This document shows positions 13,301 to 23,290 of a DNA stretch of 64,000 nucleotides, one piece after another (positions within the stretch are counted from its first letter, which is position 1; each line of letters begins with the position of its first letter). This stretch comes from Paragordius varius. Its lineage: Eukaryota > Animalia > Nematomorpha. The stretch spans positions 4,960,001 to 5,024,000 of the forward strand of contig OZ176058.1 in assembly GCA_964247055.1 (NCBI GenBank), given 5' to 3'. The position numbers and the translations under genes were made by a program. The notes below the pieces were generated by a model. That model ran no database searches. It saw only the letters and a list, made by a program, of their open reading frames with translations, and was not told the origin of the DNA.

Positions 13301-14109
13301 ACTGTCACATCCGCACCGGTGTCAAACAACATTGATGTTTCTATTCCGTTAAGTTGCACTGTTATCGTTGGGCCCATCCCCGTTGAATTTGTCACTGCCC
13401 GAATACCTGGTTTGGTGGGATATTTGGTTCGGCAATACTTTGCAAAATGGTTGTATTTTCCGCACTTATAGCATCGTTGACCCTTTGCACTGCATTTATC
13501 GATTGCATGACATTTCCCACATCTTTGGCAGTCTCTTTGGTGTATGGTTCTTTCTTGGCGGATTTTCAGCACCTTCGGTTCAATCACTTCGAGGGAATGC
13601 GCCATATCAATTACCATTTGTAGTGACACTGGTTCGCCTTCATTTTGGCCCGTGGGGAATCTTATATGTAATTCCCGTTCTAGGATTGGCATATTTAGTC
13701 CTATCAAGAAAACATCTCTTAATAAGTATGAGATATTGCCTTCAAAATCACAATCGTCAGCTAGTACTTTTAATCTTTCCATATAACTCATGATTGGTTC
13801 GCCTTCTTGTCTGGTTGTTTTAAAGAATTCTTTACGACTCAGCCATATGCTTTTGTCCGGGGCAAAGATTTGCATTGCCAATTTTTGAATTTGAGCCCAT
13901 GTCATCTCCTCTATTTTCGTAGGAAACGCTTGGTTTTCCAGTTTAGAGATTGTGCGTAGTCCTGCATAGGCCAGGAATAAGTTTTTTAATATTTCATCAT
14001 TTGGATTAATGTTTTTAGCGATTAAGATACGATTCACGTGCTTTAAGTATTGTTTAAAATTAGTGTTTGGATCGTATTCGTTAATACTGATTTTGGAAAT
14101 TTCGTCCAT
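10306..14109 (-). CDS. Gag-Pol polyprotein, 1267 aa from the first ATG
   Basis: Zinc knuckles CQRCGKCHAIDKC and CYKCGKYNHFAKYC; protease LFDTGAD; RT YLDD; RNase H ETDAS; integrase HTGH..CEPC and HIDIAGP/TDNGP/GLVE. Order PR-RT-RH-IN. No stops or frameshifts. Confidence 0.97.
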   Translation of the reverse strand: MDEISKISINEYDPNTNFKQYLKHVNRILIAKNINPNDEILKNLFLAYAGLRTISKLENQAFPTKIEEMTWAQIQKLAMQIFAPDKSIWLSRKEFFKTTRQEGEPIMSYMERLKVLADDCDFEGNISYLLRDVFLIGLNMPILERELHIRFPTGQNEGEPVSLQMVIDMAHSLEVIEPKVLKIRQERTIHQRDCQRCGKCHAIDKCSAKGQRCYKCGKYNHFAKYCRTKYPTKPGIRAVTNSTGMGPTITVQLNGIETSMLFDTGADVTVINERCWKSTGQPRLEVGQRLSTYNNETIPTMGKTELRVTMNGMTKTLECFVTEGDRPLIFGLPWIRAFALNLPDNVMINNITNKSIYNQYNRLFSDGLGCLKDMEVSIAIKNNATPKIYPCRRVPLPLQERVEKELDRLINLGILRKIDPNRERISWATPTVNILKPNGQIRICADFRISLNPHLLPDSHVIPTFDELISRTAQGTVFTSLDLKDAYLQIPIKQSSQPLLTITTHQGFYCYQRLPFGLTTAPHIFQRIMDNLIGDIPGICIYLDDILISGKTRTEHDATLTRVLQRLEAAGLKLSRDKLQLAVSSVNYMGYEISKNGIRRTNDKIQALINCPRPTNKTELRSFLGLLNFHERFIPNLHQAICNLHRNTGSIRPWAWTEIEEEEFQSAKQLMINYNTLIPYNPNWPILIETDASNKGFGAILLHITPEGKRPISYASRKCTDAETNYSTIEKEAKAITYAIEKFKPFIYGRKFKIITDHKPLIGLFGRTRNLQNINNAKLLRWIYKTSGYDYEIEYKKGQNNLADALSRLPNNDNTMEVQNEDDEVSHTVKFLTMNKFNLSKELVEEEIRLDPLANKLKSAIRTNDWSDPSIKEFLKVKNEIQIYYNLLFVNDRLLIPTSLQRDVMKFLHTGHNGAQSMKQQARQSIYWPNLEKDLENFVETCEPCQRNKPNIKENPTWKWNFNTALWERIHIDIAGPIDGYFWLVTIDSASRWVEVDLLKSITSQQLLNCLEKHMARFGFPRQIVTDNGPYFTSHEFRSTLHNLNIKHILVSPYHPKSNGLVERCIATLKFRYRATKTQTMHAHEAINTILYGYRNSTHSAIMNTPSQVFLKRHPNGPMSWLKTQTTEFIDNEIEPTRQFVPREKVFIKNEIEKGWRAGEILERRGPLSYMVTDETDRVLRKHADQLKQRMECPRTTTPAPETPINSEEYTSTPPDLEAINNNIQPSPIGITTQDNNVAPTTNIDMPKPRYPQRQRKPPDRFTIGGR
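10309..10318 (-). promoter_or_regulatory. Polypurine tract
   Basis: AGGGGGAAGA within the last codons of the ORF, immediately before the TG start of the 3' LTR. Confidence 0.85.
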
Positions 14110-14111
14110 TA

Positions 14112-14120
14112 ACGGCACCA
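14112..14120 (-). promoter_or_regulatory. Primer-binding site, tRNA-His type
   Basis: TGGTGCCGT directly after the 5' LTR is complementary to the 3' end of eukaryotic tRNA-His (...ACGGCACCA); only 9 nt match. Confidence 0.7.
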
Positions 14121-17100
14121 ATAATACGTTTAGAATAGAGACGACATATGAATTAATAACTCAAATTAAGTACATTTATTAACTGATAGCTCAGTGTTGG
14201 TATAGGTGTATTTATATATTTTAGCAAGGATAAATTACAATAATAAATTAGAATACTATTTGTATCAAATACAATGTCATATAAAATATCCATATATATA
14301 ATAGTCATTAGAGTTAAAATGTCGTTTTTTCTATAAAAATTTGACATTTTTTGTTCTCGCCCTATTTTACGGACTTTATTTTGAGGTTTTAAATCGTGAC
14401 ATTGCTGAAATTTGCGTTAATCAATTATTACTGAAAACAAAAAGTCGAAAGATTTTTAAGGTTTTAAATTATTTTTTATGATTTTCTAGTTATTTTTCTA
14501 GATGAATGATTCAAAATTTGAAATTAGAGACATGTTTTTTTATAAATATTAACTAAATATTTTCCTTAAATTTTGGCTTTTTTAAGACATAACTTTGTAT
14601 TATGGGTTTAGATTTTGAAAGATTTTTAGTTCGATTAATGATTTATGTTTTGAAAGATATTTAGTTATTTTTCTATATGAATGATTCAAAATTTGAAATT
14701 AGAGACATGTTTTTTTATAGTAAAGACAACTAACTATATTCTTAGAATTTTGGCTTTTTCTATAAAAATTTGACATTTTTTTGTTCTCGCCCTATTTTAC
14801 GGACTTTATTTTGCGGTCTTAAATCGTGACATTGCTGAAATTTGCGTTAATCAATTATTACTGAAAACAAAGGGTAGTCGAAAAATTTTAACAGTATGTA
14901 TATGTTAATTTTGAGTTATTTTTCTATATGAATGATTCAAAATTTAAATTAGAGACATGTTTTATATAGTATAGATAACTAACTATATTCTTAGAATTTT
15001 GGCTTTAAGACATAACTTTGCATTTTTAGGTTTGAAAGATTTTTACTTCGATTAATGTTTTTTTTTATGAATTTCTAGTTATATATCTATATGAATGAAT
15101 CAAAAATTGAAATTAGAGACATGTTTTTTTATATATTGAGAGAATTAACTATATTCTTAAAATTTAGTTTTTTCTATAAAAATTTACCTTTTTTGTTCTC
15201 GCCCTATTTTACGGACTTTATTTTGCGGTCTTGAATCGTGACATTGCTGAAATTTGCATTAATCAATTGCTACTCAAAACAAAGGGTAGTCGAAAGATTT
15301 TAACAGTATATATTAGATTTTTGAAAAATTTTTAAGGATTTAAATTATTTTTTATGATTTTCTAGTTATTTCTTTATTAAGGGTGAAAAATTTGAATTAG
15401 AGACATGTTTTTTATAAAAATCAACTAACTATATCCGTAGAATTTTGGTTTTGGGTTTCGGTTTTGAAAGATTTTTAGTTAGATTAATGATTTATTTTTA
15501 TGATTTTTTATGATTTTCTATTTTTCGTTATGAATAATACAAAATTTGAAATCAGACATGTTTTTTATAGTAAAGACTAACTATATTCTTAAAATTTGGT
15601 TTTTTATAAAAAATTTAACTTTTTTGTCCTCGCCCTATTTTACGGACTTTATTTTGGGGTTTTAAATCGTGACATTGCTGAAATTTGCATTAATCAATTA
15701 TTACTTAAAACAAAAAGTCGAAAGATTGCAACAATAGTATATGTTTATTTTGAAAGATTTTTTTAGGGTTTTGAATGTTTTTATATAAATGATTTAAAAT
15801 TTGAAATTATACATGTTTTTATGAAAGTAAACGATATATAACATTTGCAGTATAAGTTTTAAAAGATTTTTAAAATGATTTTCTTGGATTTTCTAGAATT
15901 TTCAAATTAGACATGTTTTTTTTATAAAATGACAACTAACTATATTCTTAGAATTTTGGCTTTTTCTATAAAAATTTGACCTTTTTTGTTCTCGCCCTAT
16001 TTTACGGACTTTATTTTGGGGTCTTAAATCGTGACATTGCTGAAATTTGCATTAATCAATTGCTACTCAAAACAAAGGGTAGTCGAAAGATTTTTAAGGT
16101 TTTAAACAATTTTTTAAGATTTTCTACTTATATTTCTATATGAATGATTCAAAATTTGAAATTAGACATGTTTAAAGTTATATAACTATACTCCTTAAGA
16201 TGTTGTTTTGTAAGACATAACTTTGAAGCATGGGTTTAGGTTTTGAAAGATTTTTAAGGTTATTTTAAATGATTTTTCTATATAAATGGTTTTATGAAAT
16301 TCTAGTCATTTTATAATCCACTAACTATACTCCTTAAGATTTTGGTTAAGATATATAACATTGGCATTATTTTAGGTTTTGAAATATTTTTAGTTCGATT
16401 TTTGATTTATTTTAGGATTTTCTAGTTATTCTCTATATGAATGATTCAAAATTTTAAATTAGATATGTTTTTTAAGGTTAACTAACTATATTCTTAGAAT
16501 TTTGACTTTTTTAAGAGATAACTTTGGTAGGTTTTGAAAGATTTTTAGTTAGATTTATATTATTTTTATGATTTTCTAGTATTTTTCGATATGAATGATT
16601 CAAAATTTGAAATTAAAATGTTTCTTTAAGAACAACTAACAATATTGTTAGAATTTTGGTTTTTTAAGACATAACTTTGCATTTGGGTTTAGATTTTTGA
16701 AAGATTTATAAGGTTCTTAATAAATTTTTAAATGATTTTTTTATGATTTCCCATATGAATGATTCAAAATTTGAAATTAGAAACATGTTTTTTATAGTAA
16801 AGACAACTAACTATATTCTTAGAATTTTTGATTATTAATAGATATATAACATTTGCATTATGGGTTTAAGTTTTAAAAGTTTTTTAGTTAGATTAATGAT
16901 TTTTTATGATTTTTTAGTTATTTATCTATATGGATATCAAAATTTGAAATTAGACATGTTTTTTATAGTAAAGACAACTAACTATATTCTTAGAATTTTG
17001 GCTTTTTTATGACATAACTTTGCATTATGAGTTTAGGTTTTGAAAGATTTTTAGTTAGATTCATGATTTTTTTTGATTTTTTAGTTATTTTCTATATGGA

Positions 17101-17699
17101 ATTCATTTTATATAAAACTATATCAGAATTTTGGCTTTTTCTATAAAAAAATGACATTTTTTGTTATCGCCCTATTTTACGGACTTTATTTTGGGGTCTT
17201 AAATCGTGACATTGCAGAAATTTGCGTTAATCAATTGCTACTCAATACAAAAAGTCGAAAGATTTTAACAGTATATATTTTAGATTATTTGAAAGATTTT
17301 TTAAGGTTTTAAATGTTTTTTATTCGGATTATTGATTTTCTAGTTATTTCTCTATAGATTCGAAATTTAAAATTAGAGACATGTTTTTTATAGTAAAGAC
17401 AACTAACTATATTCTTAGATTGGCTTTTTTAAGACATAACGTTGCAGTATTTTAGGTTTTGAAAGATTTTTAAAGGTTTTAAATGATTTTTTTAAAATTT
17501 TCTAGTTATTTTGCTATATGAATGATTCAAAATTTGAAATTAGAAACATGTTTTTTAAAATAAAGACAACTAACTATATTAATTAAATTTTTGGTTAAAA
17601 GATATAAAACATTTGTATTTTGGGTTCCAAAACAGATAGATATGTTATAAAAAGTTAAAAATTAAAATATTTTAAGTTAACATCTATTTTTTAAAAAAT

Positions 17700-18750
17700 T
17701 TTGCTTTATTGTTAATAAAACTCCGATATTTTTGGGTTATAATGATGCTATTTTATAGACTTCAACTCTTTTTGATAAAAATATCGGTATTTCAGTTTTT
17801 TATATATTAAATTCTATTGTAAAAATCAAGTATTTTATATATATTCATATATTAATATAAATTTGTAAGGTTAAATTTTTCTTTTAATTTTTTAATATAT
17901 ATAATATTAATTAAATTATCAAGGTTTTTTAATTTTTTATATTTTACTTTTTAATTTATATTTAACTATTTCAAGATTGTCACCAATAACAATGACAAAA
18001 GCTTTAATGTTAATCGAAACGATTGTAACATTTGTAATTCTTTTTGATAAAAATATCAGTATTTCAGTTTTTTTATTTTTAAATTTATACTGTTAAAATC
18101 AAGTTTAATATAATTGCTATATATCATTTTTCCTGTGAAAAATCAAGTTTTTTAAATATTTTTATATTAATATAAATTTGTAAGGTTAAATATTTCTTTT
18201 AATATTTATATATTAATTCAATTAAATAATCAAGATTTTTTTATTAATTTATATTAAACTGTATTTTTTAAAGAAAAAAGCTTTAATGTTAATCAAAACG
18301 ATTTTCATGAAATTGTTTTTTCAAAAATATCAGTATTTCAGTTTTTTTTATATTTAAATTTATACTGTTAAAAATCAATTTTTTTTATAAAAATTTAAAT
18401 TTGTAAGGTAAAAATCAAGTTTTTTTAAATATTTTAATATTAAACTGTATTTTTCAAGGTTGTCACCAACAATGATAAGAAAGAAAAAAGCTTTAATGTT
18501 AATCGAAACGATTGTTATATTTGAAATTGTCTTTTTGTGATAAAAATATCAGTATTTCAGTTTTTTATTTTTAAAATTTAATCTTAAATTCAAGTTTTTA
18601 TAATTTATATCATAATTAAAATAACAGGTTTTATATTTAAATATTGTTATATTGATATAAATTTGTATAGTTAAATATTTCTTTTAAATTTAATAATCAC
18701 GGTTTTTTAATTTTTTTATTTTAATTTTTATTTTACTTTTCATTTTAAAG
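17700..18750 (+). repeat. Acceptor-side array derived from the acceptor and 5' end of exon c
   Basis: ~250-270-bp units. Copies at 17976 (caag|ATTGTCACCAATAAC...) and 18459 (caag|GTTGTCACCAAC...) keep the AG and read IVTNNNDKSFNVNRNDCNICNSF* and VVTNNDKKEKSFNVNRNDCYI*. A partial copy lies near 18270. Confidence 0.88.
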
Positions 18751-18926
18751 GTTGTCACCAATAACAATGACAAGAAAGAAAAAAGTTTTAATGTTAATCA
18801 AAACGATTGTAATATTTGTGGACAAAAAATAGTTGAAACCGTTATAATTCATTATTCCGATGCAGGGAGAAAATATTGTAATGAATCTACAATAGAAAAA
18901 AGTGTAAGGCTTGAATGTGGCCACAT
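18751..18926 (+). CDS. RNF121: RNF121-like coding exon c (start of RING-H2)
   Basis: Acceptor cattttaaag|. Reads VVTNNNDKKEKSFNVNQNDCNICGQKIVETVIIHYSDAGRKYCNESTIEKSVRLECGH. Phase-2 donor AT|GTAATA. Confidence 0.9.
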
Positions 18927-19006
18927 GTAATAATTTATAATTTTTTTAATATCTTAAAATTTATATTTTTTGAATAAAAATTAATATAAAATTTTTTTTT
19001 TCATAA

Positions 19007-19132
<126 letters not shown>

Positions 19133-19301
19133 TAAAAGCTTTTTTTTGTTTTGAAATTTAAAAATTAACGATCAATTATTAAATATTTTTAGAGTTTTAA
19201 CTTGAAAATTTACCAATTATTTATAAGAAAGCTTTTTTGAAATTTAAATTTACGATTCAATTTGTAGATTTTTTATAATTTTACTTTATTTAGCCTATAT
19301 A

Positions 19302-19593
19302 CAGTAAAAATTGAAATTATATTATGGACAAAACGGGAAAATATAAAGAAAAATATTTTTTTTAAAAAGACTACCAACCATACTTTTAAAACCTTGATTT
19401 TTACTATATAAATAATATATAATTAAAATTGTAAAATAGATAATTAAACATCTCTATACCATTCTTTACAATTTTAAACGATAAGTTATATTGAAAAAAT
19501 CAAGATTTAAAAAGCATATGGTTGTCTTTTAGAAAAAAACTGTTGTCTTTATATTTTTACATTTTGTCCGTAGTATAATTTCAGTTTTTACTC
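19302..19593. mobile_element. MITE family M1 in the last RNF121 intron
   Basis: ta|cagtaaaaattgaaatta ... ttcagtttttactc|ta with ~75-bp inverted ends. Confidence 0.8.
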
Positions 19594-19638
19594 TATAAAA
19601 TTAAGCTAACATAAATTTTTAATTTTATGTTATAATAG

Positions 19639-19759
19639 ATGGGAAAAAGTAGCAATCATGTACAGTAAAATACTTGATTTCTTACGTTATTTGATAGCCT
19701 GGCAACCAATTTTAACATTACTCATCGAAGCTTTCAATCACATGTTGGATCTTAAATGA
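19639..19759 (+). CDS. RNF121: RNF121-like terminal coding exon e
   Basis: Reads (P)WEKVAIMYSKILDFLRYLIAWQPILTLLIEAFNHMLDLK*, matching RNF121 PWER...MYGQLLDWLRYLVAWQP. TGA at 19757-19759, with AATAAA about 85 nt downstream. Confidence 0.93.
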
Positions 19760-20073
19760 AAACTCAACTCAACAAGAATCAATCATAAAAGTTATTGGAA
19801 TTTGAGTTGAAGTTTGAGTAGAATTAACACAAAGAAGTCCAGAATAAAAAGATTATATCAAGGATATGCGTGCAATATGTCCTATATACTATATATATTC
19901 CCCAAAAATATTTTGTTTGTCCGTCTTTGAAATAAATTTATTACGTTTCTCTGTGTAATTTCAATTTTTCTGCATATATAACTCAAAACTGTTGTCCTAA
20001 GGACAAAACGTAATTAAAGACTAAAGTTTTTCAAGGGTTGCTATACCATATAGCTTCATTGTTTTTTTATTTA

Positions 20074-20250
20074 CAGTAAAAATGAAATTATATTATGGAC
20101 AAAACTTAAAAATATGAAGACAAATATTTTTTTCTTAAAGTCAATCATGGTTTTTTAACCTTAATTTTTAAAAATACAACTCCTTGTTTTATATTTAAAA
20201 GTGTATACTTTATATTTTTACGTTTTGTCCGTATAATTCAAGTTTTACTG
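20074..20250. mobile_element. MITE family M1 (short copy)
   Basis: ta|cagtaaaaatgaaatta ... agttttactg|ta. Confidence 0.75.
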
Positions 20251-20254
20251 TAAT

Positions 20255-21115
20255 ATACACAAAAATATTTCGGTGATATAAATTTATAATATGAAATAAC
20301 TTCAAACTTGCAAGTCCCAAAGTCATAAACACAATGAGAATCTTGATATATCTTTTTATCAGAATAATTAAAATTCATATTTTTACTTTTGATAGAAAAA
20401 TTAGGTCTTGCAAAGATAATGCAAGCCAGACCTGGCCAGTCGCTGGATTGATGAGAAGATATGGCCTTATATGGATAACAAATTATTTTATTTTTTATTA
20501 TGATGATTTAAAATATTAAAGTATAAATAAAGTGTATTTACAGATGTTACAAATAAATATGGTTAAATATATGGGCCAATATTTATTTAATAATAGGTAC
20601 ATATATAGGCCATCTAATTTTGAAAAATTATTTTACTTACTTTTCATCATAATTCTATTGTTGTATATTAGAGCTTTCTTTTTGTAACCATCGTCGTTTT
20701 TTATAAATTTGTTACCCGCGAATAATTAAAAAGGTAAAACCGTCGCTTAAATTTATTAATCAACACAAATGCAAATTCCTTAAGGTTTATGATTCATTAT
20801 AATATAATTTAGAATGATAAATTGCAAAATAATATTTTGAATCGTGTACTTCCAAGTCACTTATACTAGTCATTTTTAAAAGATATTGATATTAAATATC
20901 AATAAAATTTGTAAATATAAAGACAAAACGGAACAATTTACAAATTTTTTAACAGCCCTGATAATATAAAAACCTGTTAAAGTTTTGGAGTTTGGTTTTT
21001 TTTGCCTTCAATGAGAACTGCTAATATGATCCTATTGGTGAAGCATTATTGAAACATAAAAAGTGTTATATATATTTTAGTAATGTATTAAGTAAAATTA
21101 AATGGATGGCGCATT
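20255..21115 (+). repeat. Dispersed segment with an inverted paralogue at ~36905-41200 (interrupted there by the RTE LINE)
   Basis: Collinear matches such as gtcttgcaa..ataatgcaagc.agacctggc.agtcgctg and ctaatatgatcctattggtgaag..ttattgaaa are found on the minus strand at 40850-41190, 40705-40835 and 36910-37290. Confidence 0.8.
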
Positions 21116-21138
21116 TTAAGTAGAAACACCTTTATTAA

Positions 21139-21722
21139 CACATCGATTCAAATTGGGGTATCTAAATACCCCAGACTAAATTGGATTTAGGATTTCAAAA
21201 AAACTACTGAAGGAAACGGTCCCAATTTAAATTTATGCTTCTATCCTAATATAAATTATACAAATATGCCAAAATATCTGAATAAAATTTCGTTTTGAAA
21301 AAATAGTTCCATGTCAAACTACTACTTCGACGCCATTTTTATTTTACAAAATTTTTGCAAAGTATCGTCTTTATTTAATTTTTAGGGTAAAATTAAAACT
21401 AATTTTTTTTATTTACATTACATCTAACATTGATAAAAATGGAAAAAGCGGTTTATTTTGTATTATTTTTCAATTTTACCATTGCACACATGTCACATTG
21501 ACTAAATTTTTACCTCTCGGTTTTAGCTTAAAATAAGTAATATCAAGTATTTTTCAATTTTTTTTATATTTTTCGGTTTATTAATATTATATAAGTGCAC
21601 AATTTTGCCATGGTTTCGATTCCTTCCATATATTTTAAAGAATATAATTTTAAACAGGCCTGGGGTAATCAACTACCCCAATTTGAATCGAAGGACAAAA
21701 ATGAATGTGTTGCATCCAAGTG
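21139..21722. mobile_element. TTAA-flanked piggyBac-like MITE, family M2
   Basis: TTAA|CACATCGATTCAAATTGGGGTA ... TACCCCAATTTGAATCGAAG-spacer-ATCCAAGTG|TTAA, with asymmetric ends. Confidence 0.85.
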
Positions 21723-22199
21723 TTAATCGATAATCTACTTGCCCATTAATTTAAATAAAATAAAATATTTTAAATTTTTTTATTTAAGGCATATATTTTC
21801 TTTGTGTAAAGGAACAAGGCTTCTTGCTCTTGATACTCTACATAATGAAGTGTTTACACTTAAAATTTAAACTATGCAGAAATAATGAAATATCTAAAAG
21901 AAATCAATTAATAAATCCATATATTTACAATTGCAATCATTTTTATGTAGTATCTCAATAAGCATCATTATTTTTATTAAAAATAATTTAGTCTATCAGA
22001 TATATGGATTAGAGAGTTGTTGATAATTACCCTAGAACCTCACCCATAAACAATTCGAATTCACCCTAAAAATAAATTTTGTGTTTTCGATATAACTCAT
22101 TACACTGTACAACAAATTTTTCTGCCACTCGAGTTTTTTGCATTTTCTGATATTTAGTATCATTCTAACAGTAAATCTGAAATAAAAATTTTAACCCGA

Positions 22200-22940
22200 T
22201 GGAAGAATTTTGTATAATTTGATTTTTTGATTATGCGCCCTCTTTATCAAAATTTTACTAAATGTTTTTCTTTGAAATACAAGTAATGCCCATTTGTAAT
22301 ATATCATTCGAAAGAGTAATAAAAACTCTATTAAATGCATACTAATATGTATTATCAGTTAATATTGGATACAAAGAGCGACAAACGCGCGAAGCGAGAG
22401 CATTTTTTTAATTATTATATTTTTAAATGAATGAAAATAGCTCAAACTTTGTTTAGATGGTGATGAATGTCCAAAAAAGATAACACAAGAAAGTTTTTTT
22501 GATTAAAATATTTTTTGATTGCTTTTATGTCACTCAAAACAGCCATTTTTAACTTTTTTTGTTTTTAAAAATTACCATCTCATCAATATTAATTTATTTT
22601 CTTTAGGCTGATAATTTCGAAATTTTAAAGATAAAAACAAAGTTTAAGGTATTTTTGATCTTTTATAGCTATTATGTAATATATTTACAGTTATAACTAT
22701 GCATTTAAGTATCAACGAAGAAAAATATTTATGATATAAATTTTTATTAAAAAAGCAAACCAAAAGCTTTTTCAAACATTTTTTTTAAATTAAATACTAA
22801 TATAACCCTAATAATTATATTAAAATAATTTATATGATTTTCAAATTAGTTTGTCTGTAAAGATTCTTGCCTTATTTAAGGATTGAAAATTTCCACCATT
22901 TAAATCCAAATAACTTTTACATCCGATTGATTTAAATGAC
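22200..22940 (+). repeat. Dispersed ~0.7-kb repeat (second copy ~49520-50215), probably a non-autonomous DNA transposon
   Basis: Collinear matches including tttgtataatttgatttttt..attatg.gc.ctctttatc and ttttaaaaattaccatct.atcaata.taatttatttt. Confidence 0.65.
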
Positions 22941-23290
22941 TTAATACCATTTAAAAGATGCAGTTTTTTGCGCTCTTTCGAATGATATAAAATACATGGC
23001 TTCATATCTAAAACTTTTAATTTTCGAAATTTCGGGTTTAATGTTAAATCGGGGCCAAAAATTATCGATAAACTCTAATATAAAAAAATTCTTGAATGCT
23101 AGACCAATTTTGTTTTCAGATATACTAATTATGTACTTTAATGAAATAAATTTTAAATTTACAAAAATGGCAGTTAATAACAAATAAAATTTCGAGTAAC
23201 TAATGATATTGTTGTTTACATAACACAAAAATATAAAAATAATCACTATGCAAATATCACTAAAATTTATATCATACATACAAAAAATAC

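Larger units (their letters stand above)
9981..14312 (-). mobile_element. Ty3/Gypsy LTR retrotransposon (Mag-like / K02A2.6-like), coding region intact
   Basis: Near-complete 3' LTR at 9981-10305 beginning TG on the minus strand. The 5' LTR at 14124-14312 matches 9981-10169 but lacks the first ~136 nt. PBS and PPT present; one gag-pol ORF. Confidence 0.97.
7595..17630 (+). repeat. Intronic tandem array derived from the 3' third of exon b plus intron start, interrupted by a Gypsy element
   Basis: Ten forward copies of the ~80-nt exon core ttttgttctcgccctattttacggactttattttg(c/g/a)ggtcttaaatcgtgacattgctgaaatttgc(g/a)ttaatcaatt near 7927, 8316, 8746, 9159, 14345, 14776, 15188, 15619, 15983 and 17157, plus one inverted copy at ~9707-9787. 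Confidence 0.92.

Noticed and set aside
10351-13793. Several plus-strand ORFs of 60-238 aa
   Set aside because: They are antisense shadows of the Gypsy gag-pol with no recognisable motifs. The same applies to plus-strand ORFs inside the RTE (37252-39052).
9981-14312. LINE-mediated retrocopy of Gypsy RNA as the explanation for the truncated LTRs
   Set aside because: The 5' LTR retains sequence upstream of the predicted TATA/initiator, the 3' LTR runs almost to the end of U5, and there is no polyA tail. This fits a DNA form, not an R-to-R transcript.
7900-17260. CRISPR-like pattern of conserved cores with variable spacers
   Set aside because: The context is a eukaryotic intron. The cores are ~80-nt copies of a coding exon, the spacers are homologous to each other, and there are no cas genes.
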